From NCBI GenBank assembly GCA_963734545.1, contig CAVTHO010000004.1, positions 640,001 to 704,000 on the forward strand: a stretch of DNA of 64,000 nt. Reading direction: 5' to 3'. This DNA comes from an uncultured Spirochaetota bacterium. Lineage in GTDB: Bacteria > Spirochaetota > Spirochaetia > SZUA-6 > Fen-1364. The translations under genes were made by a program, and so were the position numbers. The notes under the pieces were generated by a model. That model searched no databases. It had not been told where the DNA came from and saw nothing but the letters and a program-made list of their open reading frames with translations. Position 1 is the stretch's first letter, and each line of letters starts with the position of its first letter. This document shows positions 20,230 to 30,151 of this stretch, in pieces.

Positions 20230-21390
20230 TCACCTCTTGTACGCCCGCAGTACTTTCTTCACAGCCGACACGCACAGCTCCACGTGCCCGCGTTCCCATG
20301 AGGGCGGCAGACCGAGCACCACGGTCATACCCTGCAGGGCTTCCGCGCCTGCGCAGCGCGCCTGCGGGCGCCCCGCGAAGACAGGCTCCTGGTAGGATTC
20401 GGGCCATCGGCCGCCGCAGTCAGGAAGCCCTTCCGCAACGAGCGCGCGGCGAAACTCCTCCGCCCCGCACGTGAGCTTCTCGAGGTCGAGCTGCAGCGGG
20501 TACTTCCAGTATGCATTCCGACGCTCAGGGGTATTGAAAGGGAGCGCCCGCACGCCGTAGAGCTGGGAGAAGGCATGGTCGTATGTCTTTGCAAAGCCGA
20601 CGCGCCGGGGGAGATTCCACGTGTCCAGCCTGTCCAGCTCGCCCAGACCAATGATGGACTGGATCTCGGTCAGCCGGTAGTTGAACCCCACACGCACGTG
20701 CGCCGTGTCCTCGCGGCCATAGTCGCGCAGGGACCGGCAGGACTGCGCGAGCTTTTCGTCGTCCGTCACGACCATGCCGCCCTCGCCCCCGGTGCTGACA
20801 TGCTTGCCCTCCGAGAAGCTGAAGCACCCCGCATCACCGAGCGTCCCCGCTTTCCTCCCGTGAAACTCCCCGCCGACCGATTGCGCGCAATCCTCGACCA
20901 CCGAGAGGCCGCGCCGCCGCGCTACCTCCAGGATACGGTCCATGGCGCACACGATGCCGTACAGGTGCACGACGATGATGGCCCGGGTCCTGTCGGTGAC
21001 AAGCGCCTCCAGCGCGCGCGGATCGATGGTTTGATCGTCCCCCACATCGCAGAAAACCGGTACGGCACCGGCATGCAGCACGGCCAGGGAGGTGGAGACG
21101 AAGGTATGGGAAGGGACTATCACCTCGTCTCCCGGCCGGATGCCGAGGGCCAGGAGCGCCGTGTGGAGGGCGGCCGTGCCGCTGGAGCAGGAGACAGCAT
21201 GCGCGGCCCCGATCCAGGACGCCCACCGGGCTTCGAACTCTTTTCCCCGGGCGCCCGACGAATAGGAAACCCTGCCCGACCGAAGCGGCTCGAGGACGCC
21301 GGTGAGTGTCCTTTCCGCGAATTGCGGCCACGGCGGGAAGGGCTCATGCGCCGTCTTCTCCCCGCCGTACAAGGCAAGCTCTCCGCGCAC
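20230..21390 (-). CDS. DegT/DnrJ/EryC1/StrS PLP-dependent aminotransferase
   Basis: SSGTAALH, GDEVIVP, VVHLYG, EDCAQ, FSFSEGKH (catalytic Lys), GEGG, GFNYRL. Confidence 0.9.
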   Translation of the reverse strand: MRGELALYGGEKTAHEPFPPWPQFAERTLTGVLEPLRSGRVSYSSGARGKEFEARWASWIGAAHAVSCSSGTAALHTALLALGIRPGDEVIVPSHTFVSTSLAVLHAGAVPVFCDVGDDQTIDPRALEALVTDRTRAIIVVHLYGIVCAMDRILEVARRRGLSVVEDCAQSVGGEFHGRKAGTLGDAGCFSFSEGKHVSTGGEGGMVVTDDEKLAQSCRSLRDYGREDTAHVRVGFNYRLTEIQSIIGLGELDRLDTWNLPRRVGFAKTYDHAFSQLYGVRALPFNTPERRNAYWKYPLQLDLEKLTCGAEEFRRALVAEGLPDCGGRWPESYQEPVFAGRPQARCAGAEALQGMTVVLGLPPSWERGHVELCVSAVKKVLRAYKR

Positions 21391-21396
21391 GGGGAT

Positions 21397-22161
21397 CTAT
21401 CCGGAGGCTGATCTCCACCACTGGTAGTGCGTCGTCTGCAGCTCCCGTTCCGACGGCATCGGGTAGTAGAGAAGCTCCTTGCCGCTGCCGAGATAGAAGC
21501 CATTCTCGACGAGCCGGTAGGGAAAATCGGTAGGCGCCGCGCGATCCACGGTCTTGGTTCCCTTGTGGGTGTCCTTCTTCACCTCGGTGATGCAGGATCG
21601 CAAGTGCTCGATGTTGGGGTAGGAGAGGTCACGGACACTCCCCGTTTCAGGGTTCTCCGCGAGCTCGCCCAGGCTCAGCTCGGCGAAGAAGATCTTGGGC
21701 ACATGTATGCTCCGCTTCGGGTCCGTCATGAACGCGCAGAACTCCTGCGGATCAAGACGGCTCACAACGCGCGGCGAGACCGGACAGATCTCCTGGTAGA
21801 AGCGGAACGCCTTGGGAAACTTCGGCAGCACCTTTGTCGGGGCGATCTCAAGAACCCTCCCGTCCCGTGTGGCGAGGTAGAGCTTGCCGATGGCGCTCAG
21901 GGGCACGTGCTCAAGCACCCTGTACACGGACAGGTACACCGAGTGCTTCGGCTCCCCGTTCGGGTGCGGCACGCAGCGCGAGTCTATCTCCGACATGGGG
22001 AAATAGTCGCTGGAGAATCCCCGGTCCACGCTGAAGTACTGGGCCTGGCCGTGAGACTTCTTCTCCATGCCGACCGCATAGTACACGCCGAAATCCAGCG
22101 GCGTGAGCATGGATGCGATGAGCGCTTCGGGAATCGTTGAAAGATACAAATGGACTGCCAT
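21397..22161 (-). CDS. Hypothetical cytoplasmic protein (254 aa)
   Basis: ATG preceded by a GGAGGAG SD, coding-like composition, collinear with its neighbours; no motif I recognise. Confidence 0.75.
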   Translation of the reverse strand: MAVHLYLSTIPEALIASMLTPLDFGVYYAVGMEKKSHGQAQYFSVDRGFSSDYFPMSEIDSRCVPHPNGEPKHSVYLSVYRVLEHVPLSAIGKLYLATRDGRVLEIAPTKVLPKFPKAFRFYQEICPVSPRVVSRLDPQEFCAFMTDPKRSIHVPKIFFAELSLGELAENPETGSVRDLSYPNIEHLRSCITEVKKDTHKGTKTVDRAAPTDFPYRLVENGFYLGSGKELLYYPMPSERELQTTHYQWWRSASG

Positions 22162-22208
22162 ACTCTCCTCCCTTGGGCGATAATACCGCGGCCGTGGCCG
22201 CAAATCAA

Positions 22209-23231
22209 TCACGAGAACTTGTCGTAGAAAATGAGATCGTCATGCAGCCACTGGGCGCGCAGAACGCCGATGCAGGCGTCGATCATGCCGGGGCTCCCGC
22301 ACAGATATGCCTCGTGGTGAAAGAGACTGGGCAGGAGACGGTTCAGCGCGGAGGCGATCCCTCCCCCTTCTCCCTCCCAGCCGTCCCGGGGCCGGGTATT
22401 GGAAAGGACCGGCACAAAGCGAAAGCCCGGAAGGTCCTTTTCCAGCGCCCGCATCTCATCCACATAAAAGAGGTCCCGGGCCGACCGTGCGGCGAAGTAG
22501 TACGTGACTGCCCGCTTGATGTTCTTCTCCGCCATGTCCATGAGCATGCCGCGCAGAGGAGCCATGCCGGACCCGCCGGCGATGAAGAGAATGTCCCGTT
22601 CGCTGTCACGAAGATAGAACTCGCCGAACGGACCGTTGACTGTTACCACATCGTCGGAACTGAGGCGGTCGAATACATACGACGAGCAGACACCGCCGAG
22701 TATCCTTCCGAACACCAGTGTCAGCCTGCCGGAGGACGAGGGGGGCGAGGCGATGGAATACGCGCGGTAGAGGGGCTGTGCATCGCCCTCGGTGCCGGGA
22801 ATCAGGAATTGCACATATTGGCCGGCCTTGAAGGGCATATTGGCCGGAGCGATCAGCTCGAGCGTGACTTCCCGGATATCGGGGGTAAAATCGCGAATGG
22901 AGACGACCCGGCTCGTGTACTGACGCGCGTTCAGGCTCGCTTCCGGAATCTCGATCCGGGTTTCCGGTCCGATCCTGACCTGGCACGCGAGGTGGACTCC
23001 TCTCTGCCGGTCCTTTTCGGGAATCAGGGGAAGCTCTTCAGGCGCATATCCCTCGGCTCCAGAGAGAACCCGGACCTTGCACTGACCGCAGCTTGCCCTG
23101 CCTCCGCAGGCGGAGGGGATGAAAATGCGTTCCGACATCAGGGCGAACAGGAGCGGCCGGCCCAGGTCCGAGATGACAACGCGCGCGCCGTCGTTGACGA
23201 CGATTCTCGCGCGGGCGCCGGGGGGATGCAT
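22209..23231 (-). CDS. NqrF-like 2Fe-2S/FAD/NAD(P) oxidoreductase with no N-terminal membrane anchor
   Basis: PSACGGRASCGQC...LACQ, RAYSIAS, GPFG, GGSGMAP, AYLCGSPGMI, FYDKF. Confidence 0.88.
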   Translation of the reverse strand: MHPPGARARIVVNDGARVVISDLGRPLLFALMSERIFIPSACGGRASCGQCKVRVLSGAEGYAPEELPLIPEKDRQRGVHLACQVRIGPETRIEIPEASLNARQYTSRVVSIRDFTPDIREVTLELIAPANMPFKAGQYVQFLIPGTEGDAQPLYRAYSIASPPSSSGRLTLVFGRILGGVCSSYVFDRLSSDDVVTVNGPFGEFYLRDSERDILFIAGGSGMAPLRGMLMDMAEKNIKRAVTYYFAARSARDLFYVDEMRALEKDLPGFRFVPVLSNTRPRDGWEGEGGGIASALNRLLPSLFHHEAYLCGSPGMIDACIGVLRAQWLHDDLIFYDKFS

Positions 23232-23237
23232 GACACA

Positions 23238-23266
23238 AGGATATCGGCCCCTCGACGCCTGGTCAA
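23238..23266 (-). promoter_or_regulatory. Sigma70 promoter giving a leaderless transcript of the NqrF-like gene
   Basis: Minus strand TTGACC-N17-TATCCT-N6-ATG. Confidence 0.6.
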
Positions 23267-23402
23267 CGCAAGCCATTGACCGCGCGGGCGCGGGGGAACG
23301 ACTCACGCGAACCTCTGGAAACGTACAATACCACGGGTTCCTGCACCGCGTCCTGCCGCACGCCGCGGCTCGCTTCCCCGCCACCCTCTCGGCGTGCTAC
23401 GG

Positions 23403-23431
23403 TTGACCGCGCGTGCACGCGCCATTACACT
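23403..23431 (+). promoter_or_regulatory. Sigma70 promoter for the membrane protein-isomerase-esterase operon
   Basis: TTGACC-N17-TACACT. Confidence 0.55.
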
Positions 23432-23448
23432 ACCCTGCATACGGAGTC

Positions 23449-23838
23449 ATGGTGGAACACACTGTCATTTCAACCCTTTTGCAGAAGATCTTGCTCGTCC
23501 CCATGGTGGCACTCTGGCTGTTTCACCTTTACCAGAGGCGCTTCAAGGAGGCGGGCACTCGAAAAAGGATTGCCACACTCTCGCTGACCATGGTTCTGAT
23601 CGGCGCGTGGGCAGCCGCCTGGGTATTCTCCCGCTATGGTATCGGCGACACATGGCTGCTCCTGGTTGCCGTCCTCGCCGTGGCCGTGGTAGTCTGGCAG
23701 CGCAAACTCATGCTGCCCTATCGACTCCTCTGCGTCCAATGCCGCGCGCCGCTCACCATCACGCGCATCTTTTCCCTTGACTCGAACAAGTGCGAGGCCT
23801 GCGAGCCCGCAGCAATAGAAGGAGACCGGCACCGATGA
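23449..23838 (+). CDS. Small 3-TM membrane protein with a C-terminal CxxC-x15-CxxC zinc ribbon
   Basis: Three hydrophobic stretches, then CVQC...CEAC; the stop overlaps the next ATG. Confidence 0.65.
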   Translation: MVEHTVISTLLQKILLVPMVALWLFHLYQRRFKEAGTRKRIATLSLTMVLIGAWAAAWVFSRYGIGDTWLLLVAVLAVAVVVWQRKLMLPYRLLCVQCRAPLTITRIFSLDSNKCEACEPAAIEGDRHR

Positions 23839-25040
23839 AGAACAGAAAACTCTCAATGCCATTCTGGTGCGTCAGCAACCCGGTGGGGGACCCTTTCGGG
23901 CCCGCGGTGATGGACCGCATGACCTCTCTCGAGGTCTGCGATCTGCTCTGCAAAGCGCGCGGGGAGAAGCTGATCGAGCTCACCTCGGCGCACGACGACG
24001 ACCTGGTTGCATGGGACCCCAAGCATCTCGAGGACGACCTGGATCCTTCCAGCCCCGCCTCCAAGACGCTCAAGGCCATAAAGGAAAAACTCGACGCGGC
24101 CGAGCTGAAGGTGGCGATGATCACGTGCAGCCTGCACACGAACCCGCTCTTCCGCAACGGCGGGCTCACCAATCCCAACCCCGAGATCCGACTCCTTGCC
24201 GCGCGCAAGGTCATGCGAACCATTCGGATCGGCAACTACCTCGGCGCCGAGTACATGACGTACTGGGTGGCACGGGACGGCTTCGAGTGCCAGTTCTCCG
24301 TGCCCTGGGAGCGCAATTTCCACTATCTCATCGAGGGCTTGAACCTGGCCGAACGCTACATAAAGGAACAGAACGGAACGATCCGTCATGGAAGCATAGA
24401 GCCCAAGCCCAACGAGCCGCGGGGTGAAATGTACATTCCCACCACCGGCCACGCGCTGGGGATCATTGCCATGCTGAATGACCCCGGCTTCTGGGGAGTG
24501 AACCCCGAGGTCCTTCAACACGAAGGCATGACCAATCTCTCCGCCGAGGTTGCGGTCGCCATGGCCGTGCACGCGCAGAAGATGTTCTTCCTTCACGTCG
24601 GCAACCAGAAGCCCGGCCAGTTCGACAACGACCTGCCCATGCTCACCGGCATGGACGGGCTGAAGGAAATGGTGGCTGTGCTCTGGCTCCTGGACCGCAT
24701 GAACTGGCAGGGACACTGCGAGTTCGACAACCACATCGTGCGCACCGACACGGCGCCGGGCAAGGACAACAGCACGAGGATCCGCATGGACTTCATCCGC
24801 CTGAACGTGGAGAACTTCCGCATGGCGGAGAAAAAGGCGCGTGACCTCGGCGCGGATTCTGAATTGGCGAAGATGATGAGCGCCCTGTGGGACAAGGAGC
24901 CGGGCATGGCCAAGACCCTTGCGCAGGGAGATCCGGCGGAGATGCTGAAGATGAGCGTTGACTACGACAAGGTGAACGGCACGGGGCTGCAGATCTCGAG
25001 ACTCGACCAGATGGTGAACCGGAAAATCTTCGGGATGTAG
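23835..25040 (+). CDS. Xylose isomerase-family protein (class I-like, divergent active site)
   Basis: FW..GDPFG, HDDDL, WVARDG, IEPKPNEPRG, GVNPE, FDND. Confidence 0.82.
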   Translation: MKNRKLSMPFWCVSNPVGDPFGPAVMDRMTSLEVCDLLCKARGEKLIELTSAHDDDLVAWDPKHLEDDLDPSSPASKTLKAIKEKLDAAELKVAMITCSLHTNPLFRNGGLTNPNPEIRLLAARKVMRTIRIGNYLGAEYMTYWVARDGFECQFSVPWERNFHYLIEGLNLAERYIKEQNGTIRHGSIEPKPNEPRGEMYIPTTGHALGIIAMLNDPGFWGVNPEVLQHEGMTNLSAEVAVAMAVHAQKMFFLHVGNQKPGQFDNDLPMLTGMDGLKEMVAVLWLLDRMNWQGHCEFDNHIVRTDTAPGKDNSTRIRMDFIRLNVENFRMAEKKARDLGADSELAKMMSALWDKEPGMAKTLAQGDPAEMLKMSVDYDKVNGTGLQISRLDQMVNRKIFGM

Positions 25041-25050
25041 GCGCCCCGCA

Positions 25051-25848
25051 ATGCGGCTGCGCAGGATTCCGCGGGACACCGCGGTGCTCTCCACCGCCCT
25101 TCCGCTCAATCTCTCCGGCGGAAAAGTTGGCGCCCTTCTCATTCACGGGTTCACGGGCACCCCGCGCGATCTGGCGGATCTGGGAGGCCGCCTGCAGGGC
25201 AGCGGTCTCACGGTGAGCGTCCCGCGGCTCCCCGGTCACGGCACAAACGGGAGAGATTTCCTCCAGTCCGGCTGGCGCGACTGGCTGCGCGCCGCGGTGG
25301 ACGCGTATGCAGACCTGAGGGCGCGCTGCGAGACCGTTCACGTCGTGGGCTTCTCCATGGGGGGAATCATCGCCGTCCTGCTGGCCGCGCGGTTTCCCGT
25401 GACGCGCCTCGTGCTCCTGGCCCCCGCTCTGCGGACAAAGAATCCTCTGCTGCCGTTCACGCCGTTCATGAGGCTCTTCATCAGGCGCATGCGCTGGCCC
25501 TATGTGCCGCAAGAGGGCCTCACGGACCCTGACTACACCGTCCTCGCAAGGGAATACTGGCAGTGGAGGTACTCCAGCCAGGCCGCGTCACTCCTCCACA
25601 TGAAGCGCATGGCACGGCGCGCGCTCAAGAAAGTGACGGCGGACACCCTCACGATTGTGGGCGATGCGGATGGGAGCGTGCCCGTTTCCGTGATTCCGCT
25701 CATCGAGCGGAGAATCTCGGCCGAAAGAACGCGTCACCTGGTCATCGAGAACGGCGAACACCTCATTTTGGCAGGAGAAGAAGGCGGGCGTGTGGCCGGC
25801 GAGGTGGTTCGGTGGCTGACCGTCAGCCCGCAAGATCAGGACGTATAA
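25051..25848 (+). CDS. Alpha/beta-fold carboxylesterase (monoacylglycerol lipase-like)
   Basis: LIHGFTG, LPGHGT, nucleophile GFSMGG, DGSV, EH. Confidence 0.85.
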   Translation: MRLRRIPRDTAVLSTALPLNLSGGKVGALLIHGFTGTPRDLADLGGRLQGSGLTVSVPRLPGHGTNGRDFLQSGWRDWLRAAVDAYADLRARCETVHVVGFSMGGIIAVLLAARFPVTRLVLLAPALRTKNPLLPFTPFMRLFIRRMRWPYVPQEGLTDPDYTVLAREYWQWRYSSQAASLLHMKRMARRALKKVTADTLTIVGDADGSVPVSVIPLIERRISAERTRHLVIENGEHLILAGEEGGRVAGEVVRWLTVSPQDQDV

Positions 25849-26824
25849 GAACTTTCAAGACCGCTTCCTTCCCCTCCTCGATCAGCTCGATTCCCCGCCG
25901 AAAGCCGGAGAGGGGAAGCTCATGGGAGACAAGCGATGAAACGTCGATCTTCCCGGTCTCCAGAAGCCGCACCGCCTGGATCGAGTTCCGCACCGACGTA
26001 TAGGAGGAGAGGATCGTGAGACCCTTGCGGAAAATCGTGAACGCGTCGAACGAGACTTTGCTCGTGCGCGGGGGCACGCCGAAGAGCAGGACCCGGCCCC
26101 CGCTGCGCACGAACGCAAGCGTCTTCTCCATCACGGCGGGCACCCCGGTGGCATCCACGACGACATCGTAGCCGTCCTCCGGGAGTGCGTCGAAGGACGA
26201 GGCCGTCTGGACGGCGCCCGACGCGCGTGCAAGCTCGAGCCGGGCAGGATTCTTGTCCACCGAGGTGATGGAGCTCGCTCCCTCCAGAAGGATCGCCTTC
26301 AGCAGCAGGATGCCGATCGGGCCCGCGCCGAGGATCAGCACCCGGTCCGCGAGGGAGAACCCCGTTCGCTGTACGCCGTGAAGCACGCAGGAGAGCGGCT
26401 CCACAAAGGCGCCGGCGGCGAAGGGAAGCGCTCCGATGTTGAATGCAGCCTTCTCGGGAGCTGCCACGAACTGCGCCATACCTCCCGGCAGGGTCACGCC
26501 GACCCCGTTCCACTTCTCACAGAAGTTCTGGCGGTTGGACAGGCAGGCGGGACAGTTGTCGCAGGAGATGTTCGGCTCCACGGCAACGTGGTCTCCCACC
26601 TTGAATCGCGTCACCCGCGCACCAACGGCCGTGATGATGCCGGAGAACTCGTGTCCGGGGATGACCGGGTAGGTGCCGAGGTATTCGCCGCGGAATATGT
26701 GGATGTCGGTGCCGCAGATGCCGCTCGCCCTTACCTCGATCAACACTTCGTCATCCGCCGCGACAGGCAGGGGGACCTCCCGCACGGCGATCTCACCCGG
26801 CTTCTCGATGAATGCTGCCTTCAC
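25823..26824 (-). CDS. Zinc-dependent polyol/alcohol dehydrogenase (MDR family)
   Basis: GICGTD, GHEFSG, CDNCPAC..C, VEPLSC, GAGPIG. Confidence 0.9.
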   Translation of the reverse strand: MKAAFIEKPGEIAVREVPLPVAADDEVLIEVRASGICGTDIHIFRGEYLGTYPVIPGHEFSGIITAVGARVTRFKVGDHVAVEPNISCDNCPACLSNRQNFCEKWNGVGVTLPGGMAQFVAAPEKAAFNIGALPFAAGAFVEPLSCVLHGVQRTGFSLADRVLILGAGPIGILLLKAILLEGASSITSVDKNPARLELARASGAVQTASSFDALPEDGYDVVVDATGVPAVMEKTLAFVRSGGRVLLFGVPPRTSKVSFDAFTIFRKGLTILSSYTSVRNSIQAVRLLETGKIDVSSLVSHELPLSGFRRGIELIEEGKEAVLKVLIRPDLAG

Positions 26825-26828
26825 GGAA

Positions 26829-27722
26829 TCATCCTTTCACAGCGCCCTGGGTGAGGCCTTTGACGAGCGATTTCTGCGTCATCCATCCCACCACGATGGC
26901 GGGCAGGATGGCGATCGTGGAAGATGCGGAAAGCTGGGCGACGAACATCCCCTGCTGCTCGCGGAATCGCGCCATGTACACCGGCAGGGTCGCCGTGGTG
27001 TTCGATGTCAGGTTAAAGCCCAGGAAGAACTCGTTCCATATGAACACCGCCACGAGCAGCCCCGCCGAGATGATCCCGGTCCGTACGAGCGGCATCGCTA
27101 CGAACACGAGCTGCTGGAAACGGGTGCACCCGTCCAAGCCGGACGCCTCGATGATTTCGACAGGGACGTCCGTGAAGAAGGAATGCACCATCCACACGAC
27201 AATCGGCACGTGGAAGCCGACGTACGCAATCAGGAGCCCTATCGGGGTCTTGTTCAGGTTGAATGCCTGGTACCATGTATACAGGGGAATAAGGACGGCG
27301 ACGGGCGGCAGGAGGATCGTGGTAATGAACCACGCGTGTATCTTGTCGTGGGTATCCTTCTTGCGGAATTTGCCGAACACCAGCACGAACGCCGCGGGAA
27401 CGCCCAGGGCCAGGCAGATCATGGTGGCGACGATGACCTGGAACAGGGAGTTCCTCAGGTATCCGTACATGCTTGAATCGCTCAGGACCTTCTGGAAGGT
27501 TTCAAGAGTGGGGGTGAAAATGAGCCCTGGATTGACCGCCTGGTATTCCGTCTTGAACCCCGAAATGAACATGTAAAGGATCGGGGACACGTAAATGATC
27601 GCCACGGCGTAGATCAGGATCGACAGCGCGGCGATCCGCACATTTCTCCTGAATCTGGCGGATCGTCCCCATCCCGGCCGCGGGTGTGCTGGATTCTTGC
27701 GCGAACTTGCGCAGTTCGTCAT
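26829..27722 (-). CDS. Carbohydrate ABC permease (SmoG/MtlG-like)
   Basis: EAA loop 'EIIEASGLDGC', WNEFFL, LVKGLTQGAVKG. Confidence 0.9.
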   Translation of the reverse strand: MTNCASSRKNPAHPRPGWGRSARFRRNVRIAALSILIYAVAIIYVSPILYMFISGFKTEYQAVNPGLIFTPTLETFQKVLSDSSMYGYLRNSLFQVIVATMICLALGVPAAFVLVFGKFRKKDTHDKIHAWFITTILLPPVAVLIPLYTWYQAFNLNKTPIGLLIAYVGFHVPIVVWMVHSFFTDVPVEIIEASGLDGCTRFQQLVFVAMPLVRTGIISAGLLVAVFIWNEFFLGFNLTSNTTATLPVYMARFREQQGMFVAQLSASSTIAILPAIVVGWMTQKSLVKGLTQGAVKG

Positions 27723-27736
27723 GGTCCCTCCCTCCC

Positions 27737-28639
27737 TCACGCCTCGGCTGCCCTGCGCCGCTTCAAAGACCGGTAAAGGATATTGACCGCGAGCAGCGTG
27801 AGGACGACCGTGAAAACGGCGAGGGCTCCCGCCCTCCCGACGTTGGATGCATTGAAGATTTGCATGTACACCGCGTAGGGCAGCGTGTAGGAACGTGTGC
27901 CGGGGCCGCCGGCGGTCGTCACGAGGATGAGACCGAATTCCTTCACCACAAAGACCAGGCCGAGCATCACTGCGACACGCATGTGGTTGGTAATCAGGGG
28001 CAGCTTGACCAGAAATGTGGACTGCAGCCAGTTCGTCCCGTCGATGCGCATGGCGTCATTGAGGTCCACCGGGATGCCCTGCAGGCCGGCCAGGATCACC
28101 AGGACGAAAAAGGGCATCCACTGCCACCAGAACAGGAGAACGATCACGAAAATAGGATGGTAGCTCAACAGGTCCACCGAATTGAGCCCGAGAGCTTTCA
28201 TGGCTACGCCGTACCAGCCGAAGGTCGTGTTGAAGATCGTCGATTTCCAGATGACCCCGCTCGCGGTGGACATCACGAAAAAGGGGCCCAGCATGAGGGT
28301 CCGTGCGATGTTCACGCCGGGCACGGGGTTGTCCAGAAGAATGGACACCATGAATCCCGTCACGACGCACAGGAGGAGCGTCAGGCCCGTGATGAGAATC
28401 GTCTGCCATACAATTGCGTAGAACTCGGGAATCGCTGGAAAACGGGGGACCCTGAGAAAGAAAAGGTAGTTGTCGAAGCCGACAAACTTGACCGGCAGGT
28501 CCGGCCGCGCGAGGTTCCACCTCAGGGTCGAATAGATGACCGTGAGAACGAATGGAACCTGCGTCATGATCGCGACCACGAGGATTGCCGGCAGGACAAA
28601 CGTCAGATCGTGCTTCTTCTTCGTCAACGTCACCGTCAC
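27737..28639 (-). CDS. Carbohydrate ABC permease (SmoF/MtlF-like)
   Basis: FVGFDNY, WQWMPF..LAGLQ..DAMRIDG, TAGGPG. Confidence 0.9.
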   Translation of the reverse strand: MTVTLTKKKHDLTFVLPAILVVAIMTQVPFVLTVIYSTLRWNLARPDLPVKFVGFDNYLFFLRVPRFPAIPEFYAIVWQTILITGLTLLLCVVTGFMVSILLDNPVPGVNIARTLMLGPFFVMSTASGVIWKSTIFNTTFGWYGVAMKALGLNSVDLLSYHPIFVIVLLFWWQWMPFFVLVILAGLQGIPVDLNDAMRIDGTNWLQSTFLVKLPLITNHMRVAVMLGLVFVVKEFGLILVTTAGGPGTRSYTLPYAVYMQIFNASNVGRAGALAVFTVVLTLLAVNILYRSLKRRRAAEA

Positions 28640-28682
28640 ACCCTCTCGCTTCTGAGTTTCGCGGGACTGCGGAGATGGAGAG

Positions 28683-28718
28683 GCCTGTCAGCATCCCCGG
28701 GCGGGGATGGTGACAGGC
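28683..28718 (-). other. Strong hairpin downstream of the SBP gene (mRNA stabiliser or partial terminator)
   Basis: gcctgtca.catcccc-gggc-ggggatg.tgacaggc, lying between the SBP and permease genes. Confidence 0.5.
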
Positions 28719-28745
28719 AATGAAACACTTGAGAGGAAGTCGTCC

Positions 28746-30095
28746 CTATTTCTGGTAGCCCCCGTCCTTCGCAACCTGGTTGAACAGGTCATTCGTCCTC
28801 TGTATTGCTTCATCCAGGGTGATCTTGTCAACCACGTAGTCGGCAAGGTACTGGGTCATCTGCGTGCCCGCATCCGCAAACTCGGGGATCGCGATGTACT
28901 GAAGCCCGACATAGGGAACCGGCTGAAGGGTCGGGTGCGTGAAATCCGTGGATTCGAGCGTCTTGAGAGTCATTGTCGCATAGGGAGCTTTCCGGTACGC
29001 GGGAAGCTTGTACGTGGAGGATCGGGAGGCCGGCGGCGTGCTCGATCCGGTCGGGTCCAGGTCCACCGTCATCTTGATGAAGTCCTTGGAGGTGGCCCAG
29101 AGCATGAAGTCGAACACTGCCTGCTTCTTGTCCTCATCGCTCTTGGGGTTGATGCCCATGGACCAGTTCCATAGCCATGCCGTATTGGTCTGCATCTTCT
29201 GGTGCGGGGGCATCGCGTATCCGACCTTGCCCTTCACCTTGGATCCCGCGGATTCCAGGGGCGGTGCAATGGAGGTTGCATCATAGTAGATGCCGCACTT
29301 GCCCGACTGCATGAGCGCGATGCACTCGTTGTACGTGTAGGAGAGGATGTCCTTCTGGCCCGCATCGCGAAGGATCGACTTGTACATCCGCCATGCAGCT
29401 CTCTGCTCGGGCGTGTCCACGGTCGCGTTCCAGTTCATGTCGTAGAATCGGCCGCCGAAGGCGTTCACGATCGTGACGAATGGGGCTCCGCTCATGCCCC
29501 AGCCGGGAGCGCCGCGCATGGTCATTCCGACGATTCCCTTTGCCGGATCGTTGATCTTCTTGGCCAGGACATAGATCTCGTCCCACGTAGGATTGTCCGG
29601 CATCTTCAGCTTCTTGGCGGCAAAGAGCTCCTTGTTGTACATGATGAACGAGCTCTCCCCGTAGAAGGGGATTGCATATTCCTCTCCGTTGAGCGAGACC
29701 GACCCCACCATTCCCTGGATCAGGTCCGCCCGGTCGTACCAGGCGAGCTTGGCGGCGGGCAGCGCCTTGAAATAGGGCTCCAGATTCTCGAGCCACCCGT
29801 TCTTGGCCCAGTTGCTGGCCTCGTAGGGGCCGATGAAGAACATGTCATAGGTCGTCCCGCCCGTTGAAGCCTCCGTGGTGAGCTTCTGCCGCAGGTCGTT
29901 CTCCGGGAGGACCGCGATGTTGACCGTCACTCCGTCTGCCTTGTACTTGTCCTTTGCAATTCGCGACAAGGCCTGGGAAATAGGATTGTTCGCCAGCGCG
30001 ATGTTGATGGTCACGTCCGCAAAGGCTTGCGCGCCCGAGACCAGGAACAGCGACAGGCACATGATACACATGAGAAAAACAGAGACTCTCTTCAT
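28746..30095 (-). CDS. Polyol ABC transporter substrate-binding protein (SmoE/MtlE-like)
   Basis: Signal peptide; LPENDLRQK, PFYGESS, RGAPGWG, YDAT, WLWNW, PYVGLQYIAIPEF. Confidence 0.88.
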   Translation of the reverse strand: MKRVSVFLMCIMCLSLFLVSGAQAFADVTINIALANNPISQALSRIAKDKYKADGVTVNIAVLPENDLRQKLTTEASTGGTTYDMFFIGPYEASNWAKNGWLENLEPYFKALPAAKLAWYDRADLIQGMVGSVSLNGEEYAIPFYGESSFIMYNKELFAAKKLKMPDNPTWDEIYVLAKKINDPAKGIVGMTMRGAPGWGMSGAPFVTIVNAFGGRFYDMNWNATVDTPEQRAAWRMYKSILRDAGQKDILSYTYNECIALMQSGKCGIYYDATSIAPPLESAGSKVKGKVGYAMPPHQKMQTNTAWLWNWSMGINPKSDEDKKQAVFDFMLWATSKDFIKMTVDLDPTGSSTPPASRSSTYKLPAYRKAPYATMTLKTLESTDFTHPTLQPVPYVGLQYIAIPEFADAGTQMTQYLADYVVDKITLDEAIQRTNDLFNQVAKDGGYQK

Positions 30096-30151
30096 GGTAC
30101 TCCTCCTCATCGAGAGACATAGGCAGGCCATGGTCCCAGCCTGCTGCGGGA

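Noticed and set aside
20230-23231. Na+-NQR complex or canonical E1/E3 3,6-dideoxysugar pathway
   Set aside because: No nqrA-E genes are present. The DegT protein keeps the Schiff-base Lys, and no nucleotide-sugar genes are adjacent.
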